Positions 35,960-45,339 of a stretch of 64,000 nucleotides of DNA are shown here, piece after piece. The DNA comes from Leucoraja erinacea. Taxonomy: Eukaryota. The DNA lies in assembly GCF_028641065.1 (NCBI RefSeq), contig NC_073389.1, forward strand, positions 25,296,001 to 25,360,000, given 5' to 3'. A program made the translations under genes and the position numbers. Under the pieces are notes generated by a model. It made no database searches, was not told the origin of the DNA, and saw only the letters and a program-made list of their open reading frames with translations. Within the stretch, counting starts at the first letter, position 1. Every line of letters starts with the position of its first letter.

Positions 35960-36332
35960 CAGTGCCCGCCATAATCTTTGGGACAAAGACCCATCATTTA
36001 TTTATTTGCCTCTGTACTCCACAATTTGGGATTTGTAATAGAGAAAAAATAAATAAAAATCACATGTGGTTAGAGTGCAAAATAATTTAAGTTAATAGAT
36101 AATTGTGAAGCTTACTCTTAAGTAACTAATAAGAGTTTTGTTAAATCTCAATCGCGGATCTCCTCTCATTTTAATCATTTTTCCTAACTGCTTCTGTGGC
36201 CTCTCAAATCCTTGTTTCACTCAAAGGGATTCCTCCTGGGATTGAAACAGTGCCCTCCATAATGTTTTGGACAAGACCCATCATTTATTTATTTGGACCT
36301 GTACTCCACAATTTGAGATTTTTTTTATAGGG

Positions 36333-36368
<36 letters not shown>

Positions 36369-38044
36369 CATGTGGTTAATGTGCACATTGCCAGATTTTA
36401 ATAAAGGCCATTTTTATACATTTTGGTTTTACCATGTAGAAATTAAGCAATGTTTATACATAGTCCCCCCCATTTCAGGGCACCATAATGTTTGGGATAC
36501 AGCAATGTCATGTAAATGAAAGTAGTCGTGTTTAGTATTTTGTTGCATATCCTTTGCATGCAATGACTGCTTGAAGTCTGCGATTCATGGACATCACCAG
36601 TTGCTGGGCGTCTTCTCTGGTGATGCTCTGCCAGGCCTGTATTGCAGCCATCTTTAACTTATGCTTGTTATGGGGGCTTCAGTTTTTTCTTCAGCATATA
36701 AAAAGGCATGTTCAGATCGGGTGATTGACTTGGCCACTCAAGAATAGACAATTTTTTAGCTTTGAAAAACTCCTTTGTTGCTTTAGCAGTATGTTTGGGA
36801 TCATTGTCTTGCTGTAGAATGAACCACTGGCCAATGTGTTTTGAGGCATTTATTTGAACTTGAGCAGATAGGATGTGTCTATACACTTCAGAATTCATAA
36901 TGTTACTACCATCAGCAGTTGTATCATCAATGAAGATAAGTGAGCCAGTACCTTCAGCAGCCATACATGCCCAGGCCATAACACCCCCACCACCGTGTTT
37001 CACAGATGAGGTGGGATGCTTTGGATCTTGGACAGTTTCTTCTCTCCTCCATACTTTGCTCTTGCCATCACTCTGATATATATTAATCTTCATCTCATCT
37101 GTCCACAAGACCTTTTTGCAGAACTTTTAAGTACTCCTTGGCAAACTGTAACCTGGCCATCCTATTTTTGCAGCTAACCAGTGGGTTGCATCTTGCAGTG
37201 TAGCCTCTGTATGTGTGTTCATGAAGTCTTCTGCGGACAGTGGGCATTGACAAATCCACACCTGACCCCTGAAGAGTGATTCTAACCATATAACCATATA
37301 ACAATTACAGCACGGAAACAGGACATCTCGACCCTTCTAGTCCGTGCCGAACACATAATCTCCCCTAGTCCCATATACCTGCGCTCAGACCATAACCCTC
37401 CATTCCCTTCCCATCCATATAACATTCCCATCCAGATTCTGATCTGTTGGACAGGTGTTTGGGGACTTTTCTTTATTAAAGAGGGAATTCTTCTGTCATC
37501 AGCTGCAGAGGTCTTCCTTGGCCTGCCAGTCCCTTTGTGATTAGTAAGCTCACCAGTGCTCTCTTTCTTCATAATGATGTTCCAAACAGTTGATTCTGGT
37601 AAGCCTAAGGTTTGGCTGATGTCTCTAACAGTTTTATTCTTGTTTCTCAGTCGCATAATGGCTTCTTTGACGTTTGCACAACCTTGGTCCTCATGTTGAT
37701 ATAAACAACAATAAAAGTTTCCAAAGGTGATGGAAAGACTGGAGGAAAGACTACAGGCTGAGAGTTCTCTAAGACCTGCATTTAGGAGGCATTTAAACAC
37801 ACCTGAGCAAATACAAACACCTGTGAAGCCATGTGTCCCAAACATTATGGTGCCCTCAAATGGGGGAATTGTGTACAAACACATCTGAATTTCTACATGG
37901 TGAAACCAAAATGTGTAAAAATACTCTAATAAAATCTGACAATGTGCACTCTAACCACATGTGATTTTTTTCTATTGCAAATCTCAAATTGTGGAGTACA
38001 GAGGCAATGATGGATTTTTGTCCCAAACATTATGCAGCGCACTG
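35960..38044 (-). mobile_element. Tc1-family DNA transposon (IR/DR type), defective transposase
   Basis: Long TIRs cagtgcccgccataatctttgggacaaagacc / tttgtcccaaacattatgcagcgcactg; TA TSD 35958-35959 and 38045-38046; DDE peptides WTDEMKI, VKHGGGGVMAWACM, LQQDNDPKHTAK, WPSQSPDLN (ORF 36668..37108); duplicated left TIR at ~36248. Confidence 0.95.
37284..37434 (-). mobile_element. Young CR1 3' end inserted in the Tc1 transposase
   Basis: 6-bp TSD gattct (37278-37283, 37435-37440); near-identical to 985-1116. Confidence 0.9.
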
Positions 38045-38411
38045 TATATTGTAAATAACTGGGGTCCCAGCACTGAGCCTTGCGGCACCACACTAGACAC
38101 TGCCAACCATTCTGAAAAGGACCCGTTAATTCCGACTCTTTGCTTCTTTTCGGCTAACCAGCTCTCTGTCCATGTCAATACCCTTCTCCCAATACTGTGT
38201 GCTCTAATTTTGCACTCTAATCTCGTGTGGGACCTTGTCAAAGGCCTTTTGAAAGTCCCGAAACACCACATCCACTGGCTCTCCCTTACCCATTCTACTT
38301 GTTACATCCTCAAAAAATTCAAGAAGATTAGTCGATCATGATTTCCCATGGAGCAGAGGCTTATCAGATCAGCAGGATATTATTAAATGCCAAAAAAACA
38401 TGCCCTGCTCT

Positions 38412-38750
38412 TAATAATAATAATAAATGGGATTTATATAGCGCCTTTCTAGATACTCAAGGCGCTTTACATCGCATTATTCATTCACTCCTCAGTCACA
38501 CTCGGTGGTGGAGAGCTACTTCTGTAGCCACAGCTGCCCTGGGGGCAGACTGATGGAAGCGTGGCTGCTAATCTGCGCCTACGGCCCCTCCGACCATCAC
38601 CTGTCATTCACACACATTCACACACAGGCAAAGGTGGGTGAAATGTCTTGCCCACCGACACAACGACAGTATGCACTCCAAGCGGGATTCGAACCGGCTA
38701 CCTTCCGGTCGCCAGCCGAACACTTAGCCCATTGCGCCACCTGTCGTCCC
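38412..38750 (-). mobile_element. tRNA-derived SINE with CORE-like centre and L2-type 3' tail
   Basis: Minus: A box ggtggcgcaatgg, B box ggttcgaatccc, CORE-like gttgtgtcggtgggcaagacatttcacc, tail gtaaagcgccttgagtatctagaaaggcgctatataaat(tta)n. Confidence 0.85.
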
Positions 38751-39216
38751 GCTGTTAAATGTTAAATGACAATATATCAGCCATGATTAAAATGCTTGCT
38801 GTTGATACTGAAGGAGCACTTTGGTTCATAGAGAGAATAAATTATATATGTAGAGGAACTGATGGCGTTTGGCATGGAAATCCACTGATCTCAAATTGGA
38901 TAGTCAAGGTGACTTCCAGGAAGCGTATCCTTGTTGGCTAAGGTGTCGAATGGAAGAGCAAAGATCACAGACTATGTAATTGCTATTTAGACCACAGAAT
39001 ATAGTGTACATTTCAGATCATCATATTAAAGGAAGGATGTGGCAACACAAGAGCAGGTGAATAATTTTACAAGGATGTTTTAGTTACTCCATCCAGACCA
39101 CAATACCACTTCCTTTGGCAAGTCAATCTGAAGATGGGACATGCCACACTCACACCAGTGATGAAAGAACATGGAATGAAGGCTGAAAGGTACAACCCTG
39201 TCTGTGACCAGATATA

Positions 39217-39758
39217 CAGGTAGTTCTGCCGTAACACAAATTGGATATAATGCATGATGAAATAGAGAATACTATTTGCATTATGAGCAGTGAACCGGGG
39301 TTATAACACAAGTTCGGTCAGAAACTAGAGAATCATTTAAATGTTACTTGAAAGTTGACAACAGAAAAAAGCGGTCTTGGATTTAAAAGATTTTAGAAAA
39401 TTCCCAGTAGTAATCAAGACACCATTGTCTCATAAGGATATAGCTGCAACTTTAACAGTGGGGTAGCCAGTGAAATGACAGGTAATCACTTTAATTGACA
39501 TTTGTGCAACAAGACTATTTGAAATAAAGTAACATATTTAATTTTGTATTATTAGCTTAAGAAAAATAAACCGGTCACTGTTGATAATACTATATATTTA
39601 TTTTAATCCTGCATGGAAAAATAACTTGTATTGAGAGTCTGAAACTCTCTGGCCCCTGACCCCCTTTCTCCCATTGACGCTAATGTCTTTATAACACGAT
39701 TTTCTATCGCACAAGGTTTCTTAGAAATGCATCTATCGCGCTATAGTAGAACTATCTG
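39217..39758. mobile_element. Tigger/pogo-like MITE
   Basis: Imperfect TIRs caggtagttctgccgtaac / gctatagtagaactatctg, each flanked by TA. Confidence 0.7.
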
Positions 39759-40731
39759 TATTGGCTATTAGGGAAATTTTTAGCCAAAACCAACGTCAAT
39801 TTCCCCTTTTTTCTATTAAGATATTTTTTAACCACTCGAGTGCTGGGGCTAAGCCTTATACCTGTTTTTGCAGCAATGCCACAGTGTCTCAACCTAGATT
39901 GTTGTGCTCAATTCTCTGGAATGTGATTTGTACCTACAATTTTCAGAAACGAGTACAATGCCAACAACAAATTTTAAATTGTAATCTAGAAAGATGTATG
40001 TCTCACATAAAATTAAACAGTTGTGCACAATTCAGTCTTTCCAGTAAGCAATGGAGTCTGTCTTTTCCCCAATTGTTCCACCACCACTGAAAACATAAAG
40101 GTTCAACTTTCCAAATTCAAAACCCAAGCGGACAGAAAAGCAGCCAAATAGTGAAAATCTCATTGTCCACCACCCAAAAATTGCCCAGTTGCCAAGAGAA
40201 GGCTTTGTGCTAATCACTTTGTGGCACATGGGGTTTCCATGACCCATGTGTAGACCTGACGTAGAACAATACTGTTTAGTGTTGAAATGTTTGTTGCTTT
40301 CTAATTAATCAGCATGTCATGTCTTGCTTCCCAGCTTCCAAATGCAAACTTTGCTCTAAATGCAAAATGTTGGGGATTCAAAAAAATTCAGGGAGTGAAC
40401 ATCAAAACTTATTGCATGCAATGCTCAAAGTGCGGTTACTGATGATGGTACAATGGAAGTGCAAGATACATAAGTTTATATATTGCGGATTTTGCTTGGA
40501 GATTGTAGCAAGACTACAGAAGTTAAATTAATTTTAAAATACCCCAAACACCATTCATACTTGTAGTCGTATAAAAATGCAATAAAACTGATTAATGCAT
40601 TGTCACTTATACCTAGTACTCAATTTATATCACCACTGACAAAGCAAAATTATAAAGCAAACACTTGGCAGTGAATGTGATCACTACCGTGAGCTAAATG
40701 ACCTCCTTGTACTGCAATCACTCGGATTCTA

Positions 40732-42375
40732 TATAGAGAAAAAAAAAAATCACACGTGGTTAATGTGCACATTGTCAGATTTTAATAAAGGCCATTTTTA
40801 TGCAGGTTACACAGAAAAGCTGGAGAAACTCAGCGGGTGCAGCAGCATCTATGGAGCGAAGGAAATAGGCAACGTTTCGGGCCGAAACCCTTCTTCAGAC
40901 TGCATTTTTATGCATTTTGGTTTCACCATGTAGAAATTACAGCAGTGTTTATACAGTCCCCCCATTTCAGGGCACCATAATGTTGGGACACAGCAATGTC
41001 ATGTAAATGAAAGTAGTCTTGTTTAGTATTTTGCTTCATATCCTTTGCATGCAATGACTGCTTGAAGTCTGCGAGTTGCTGGGTATCTTCTCTGGTGATG
41101 CTCTGCCAGGCCTGTATTGCAGCCATCTTTAGCTTATGCTTGCTTTTGGGGGCTAGTCCCCTTCAATTATCTCTTCAGCATATAAAAGGCATGCTCAATT
41201 GGGTTCAGATCAGGTGATTGACTTAGTTCCTGAAGAATTTACCATTTTTTAACTTTGTAAAACTCCTTTGTTGCTTTCGCAGTATGTTTGAGATCACTGT
41301 CTTGCTGTAGAATGAACTGCTGGCCAATGAGTTTTGAGTATTTGGACTTGAGCAGATAGGATGTGTCTATACACTTCAGAATTCATTATGCTACTACCAT
41401 CAGCAGTTGTATCATCAATGAAGATAAGTGAGCCAGTACCTTCAGCAGCCATACATGCCCATGCCATAACACCCCCGTGTTTCACAGATGAGGTGGTATG
41501 CTTTGGATCTTGGGCAGTTCCTTCTCTTCCTCCATACTTTGTTCTTGCCATCACTCTGATATGTTAATCTTCATCTCATCTGTCCACAAGACCTTTTTCC
41601 AGAACTGTGGTTGCTCTTTTAAGTAGTCAGCAAACTGCAACCTGGTCATCCTATTTTTGCAGTTAAATGGCCGTTTGCATCTTGCAGTGTAGCCTCTGTA
41701 TCTCTGTTCATGAAGTCTCCTCGAACAGTGGTCATTGACAAATCCACACCTGACTCCTGAAGAGTGGTTCTGATCTGCCGGACAGGTGTTTGGGGATTTT
41801 TCTTTATAATAGAGAGTATTCTATCATCAGCTGTGGAGGCCTTCCTTGGCCTGCCAGTCCCTTTGCGAATAGTAAGCTCACCAATGCTCTATTTCTTCTT
41901 AATGTTGTTCCAAACAGTTGATTTTGGTAAGCCTAAGGTTTGGTTGATGTCTCTAACAGTTTTATTCTTATTCCTCAGTCTCATAATGGCTTCTTTGACT
42001 TCATTGGTACAACTTTGGTCCTCATGTTGATAAACAGCTATAAAAGTTTCCAAAGGTGATGGAAAGACTGGAGGAAAGACTAGTGTGGAGGGTTCTCTTA
42101 TACCTGCATTAAGGAGGCAATTAAACACATCTGAGCAATTACAAACGCCTGTGAAGCCATGTGCCCCAAACATTATGGCGCCTTGAAATGAGGGGTCTAT
42201 GTATAAACACAGCTGTAATTTCTACATGGTGAAACCAAAATGTATAAAAATGGCCTTTATCTGACAACGTGCACTTTAACCACATGTGATTTTTTCTATT
42301 ACATATCTCAAATTGTGGTGTACAGAGGCATAAATAAATGATGGGTCTTTGTCCCAAACGTCATGGAGGGCACTG
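40732..42375 (-). mobile_element. Second Tc1 copy, same family, defective; left TIR truncated
   Basis: Homologous to 35960-38044 (ORFs 41294..41554, 41889..42173); right end tcatggagggcactg|TA. Confidence 0.93.
40805..40902 (-). mobile_element. 98-bp Penelope pLTR mini-insertion with intact hammerhead-like core
   Basis: 12-bp TSD catttttatgca (40793-40804, 40903-40914) inside the Tc1 TIR; core CTGAAGAAGGGTTTCGGCCCGAAACGTT at 40898-40871. Confidence 0.9.
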
Positions 42376-43646
42376 TATCTGGGACATTACATTTGTCTAA
42401 GGACGTTACAATAGTGACGATAAGTATTTAATTGATTGTCCTTTGTGGTGATGTGAAATCAAAAGGCATACACATCTCTTATTCTTATCATTTCATAGGA
42501 ACACAAAACTATTCCTGATATCATTACAACTTGTTAAGACATGACCATCATTAAAAAAATGTACATTATTAAAATGGTACTGCCTGAACTATACAGAATT
42601 CTCTTTTCAAAATGGAGTTTTAAAACTACTAGCACAAATCAAAACTAATGCCACATTTCAAATTGGAAACCAGATAGGACGATTACGTGATACAATGTCA
42701 ACTTAAATCTTGTACATTAATTACTCTTAAATGTTATGACAAGTGAAAGCCATATCTTCTAACAATACGGTAAATATGTCCCACAGAACCTAATGAAATT
42801 AGAAACCAATTCCAACCAATGGGGCATAAAAGTAAATATCTCTCGACAAGGTTCAAAATAAAAGTTAAATGAGATCCAAAATGCATATTTTCAGTAGTAA
42901 TGCACAAACCCCAAGATCGAGAATATAAATAGTTCAACCCATCCTGCAAGGCAATATCTGCTGGAACATTTCTTTGAAACAATTAAAGTTTTCTAATGCA
43001 TCATAAACATTATTGTACTATAATATAAACGCAGTTTTAGAACTACTCCTTCACTAGTTGGCTTTCTATCATCACAAGGAAGAGGAATCTCAAAATTGGT
43101 TTATGAAAATGATATGGTCCATTTTAAGCTATCAAAACAACTGTATTTTTGAACCATATTATAAATGTCATATATTAATGTAAGAAACGTCACTGCAAAA
43201 TTCTAGCTTTCCGGACAGAGAATCAATGTTATTCTTATTATTGTCTAGAAAAATAAATTTGATACACCACGCCTTCCAAAGAAAGCACAGTATTATTCAA
43301 TGTGAAAAAACTACATCGAGTCATTGCAGGTTTTCAATTGTATAATTCGTTCAAATTTCAGTTATTGAACAAGTAAACATAACCGTCTACATCGGCAGGT
43401 CTACCTCATTAAATATCGTCCAAACAAACACCGATTTGTTTATGATAGCAAAGCTTAGATTTATAAATTTTGTTTAAATTCAGAATTGTTTTAGTGGGCA
43501 TTTTAAAAGAGATATTTTCACCCTGTAATCCATTGAAAACAGACGGAGGCCTGTCTTGTAAATCCACAAATGAAACCATAACGCAAGATATCACAATGCA
43601 AGTAAGGCTTTATTTCTACTTTAGCATATATTTAAAAGACACTTAC

Positions 43647-43705
43647 TTGCCAATCACTTCACACAGCTCATACACATCTTCAAACAGGACGTCGTCGTCA
43701 GCCAT
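43647..43705 (-). CDS. CASK: CASK (calcium/calmodulin-dependent serine protein kinase, MAGUK) first coding exon, 59 bp
   Basis: Minus strand reads cgaccATGGCTGACGACGACGTCCTGTTTGAAGATGTGTATGAGCTGTGTGAAGTGATTGGCAA|gtaagt = MADDDVLFEDVYELCEVIG(K), matching the vertebrate CASK N-terminus as I recall it. Strong Kozak context (ACCATGG), canonical GTAAGT donor (43646-43641), adjacent CpG island. Too short to appear in the ORF track. Confidence 0.96.
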
Positions 43706-43799
43706 GGTCGATAATTAAAATTCAGAAATTCAAGAATAAAAATTCAAAGTTAAAAACTCTCCAATCGGGGCGAAAATTAACACAACTGTTCCCGTGTAG

Positions 43800-44550
43800 A
43801 TCGGATGCACATCAGAAACAATACTAATTTTCAGCCGCCGGTGAAACCGATTTGTAGTGAAGCAAGCTGATGGGCTCCGCTATCCTTCTCACGACCCCAC
43901 CTTCTCTTCCTTACTGGCTTAAAACCCTGATAATCCACAGTCCAAGGCTCCTTGTCTCGGGATGTTGCTGCTCCCTCGAAGCCCAGGCCGAGCCTGGGGG
44001 ATTATTTGCATAGAGGCGAGGATTTTTTTTTTCAATCTTTCACAGCCGCCGTTATTTCGACCATTTTACCGCTTGCCCCCGCCGTGTGCTGCGGTGTCGG
44101 CCCGCCCCCTTTCGGTATGCTGCTCACTTGAACTCCGCACTCAGGAGGCGGCGGCGGCAGCGATGGAGATCCAGTCGGCGGCGGTGCTTCGTCGAGCCGG
44201 AAACCACCAATCACCGCTCGCTCACTAGCTGGCCGCACTCCGGATGCGTCAGCACACCGCGAACAGACAGAGGCGCCTCTGCGCCTGCGTCGCGGCGGAG
44301 CGGAGCCCTGCCCTTCACGGGTTGTCAGTACGCATGCGTCCCAGTGGCAGACCTGCTCCTCTGGTATCTTTGGACCTGCCCTTCGGGAACAAGCAGCGCG
44401 CATGCGTTGACTGGGATTCCTGCTGTACCTGCCTTCAGTACCAAAGATCTTATAGCAGACGTGGTTGCCGCACAAGAGGCAATGATCTCAACATTATTTT
44501 ATCTCAAATTGAAACAGTTGGTTGCGTCACCTAATGCAGTCGCGAGTAAA
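43800..44550. promoter_or_regulatory. CpG island / CASK promoter and 5' UTR region
   Basis: GC- and CpG-rich unique sequence just upstream of the CASK ATG in an AT-rich, CpG-poor background. GC box ggcccgcccc 44099-44108, CCAAT 44207-44211, NRF1-like palindromes acgcatgcgt 44330-44339 and gcgcatgcg 44398-44406, octamer atttgcat 44004-44011, (gcg)n run ~44148-44160. Confidence 0.85.
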
Positions 44551-44654
44551 ACATATTGATATTGCATTTTTATACGATAAGGTGTTTCTTGTGATCCATG
44601 GCAAGAGAAATTTGACATTTGAAGCACAAAATTAGACTAACAAAGTTTATGTTT

Positions 44655-44845
44655 AAGAAGGAACTGCAGATGCTGGAAAATCAAAGGTAGACAGAAATGC
44701 TGGAGAAACTCAGCGGGCGAGGCAGCATCGATGGAGCGAAAGAAATAGGCCACGTTTCAGGTCGAGATCCTCGACCCGAAACGTTGCCTATTTCCTTCGC
44801 TCCATAGATGCTGCCTCACCTGCTGAGTTTCTCAAGCATTTTTGC
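44655..44845. mobile_element. Palindromic (inverted) Penelope pLTR insertion
   Basis: Two pLTR halves head-to-head around ~44770; 18-bp TSD with one mismatch, ctaaca(a/g)agtttatgttt (44637-44654, 44846-44863). Confidence 0.85.
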
Positions 44846-45339
44846 CTAACAGAGTTTATGTTTGTTATTGTCACGTGAAAAGCTTTGTTTTGCATGGTGC
44901 CCAATCAGATAATACTAGACATAAATACAATTGAGTCAAACTCAAGAGTGCAGAATGTAATTCTCAGCATTGTAGTTCAATGTCCACAATGGACTTGAGG
45001 TGAATTGGACAGTACCCTGGTTTTTGGGGTAGAGGTGAATCAGACAGTACTACCGAGACTGAACAGAAACAGGCTTTTAGGGCCACCTTGCTCGCTCAGG
45101 CCATTAAGTACTCTACCTGCCTGCAGTATTCCCATTTCCCAACCTTTGCCTTGTAGCTTTCTATGCCACAGTGTTTCAAGCGAGCAATACTTAATAAATG
45201 CTTGGCTCCACCATCTTCGCAGTCAGTTTTCCAAATTGCAACCATCCTCTTGATTAAAAGAAAATGGCTTCAAATCCCTTCTACATCTCCGACCTCCTGA
45301 AACCTATGCAATCATGTCATAGATTGCAATGCTAATGGG

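Larger units (their letters stand above)
34546..38350 (-). mobile_element. CR1 LINE fragment hosting nested PLE and Tc1 insertions
   Basis: ORFs 34529..34783, 34800..35324, 37984..38271; CR1 RT sequence is contiguous across 35279-35747 (PLE) and 35960-38044 (Tc1). Confidence 0.9.
1..43646 (-). other. CASK: CASK intron 1 (partial; continues beyond window start)
   Basis: Follows the exon-1 donor. No sequence encoding the expected next peptide ([25 protein letters not shown]...) was found by eye on the minus strand. Confidence 0.7.

Noticed and set aside
33693-36365. Long poly-T (33693-33720) and poly-A (~36333-36365) runs as retrogene tails
   Set aside because: Both are expansions of short runs internal to CR1 and Tc1 sequence, without TSDs or upstream cDNA.
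38660-38750. Functional tRNA genes (also at ~58545-58621 and ~25265-25345)
   Set aside because: A/B boxes continue into SINE bodies and LINE-derived tails; no complete cloverleaf.
1-43646. CASK exon 2 or nested GPCR genes (GPR34/GPR82 lie in a CASK intron in mammals)
   Set aside because: No matching peptide or 7-TM ORF seen in the ORF track or by eye; a tblastn search would be needed to exclude them formally.
43962-44559. ORFs across the CpG island as a divergent protein-coding gene
   Set aside because: Low stop frequency in GC-rich DNA; no recognisable protein, and the best-context + strand ATG (44163) gives only 21 codons.
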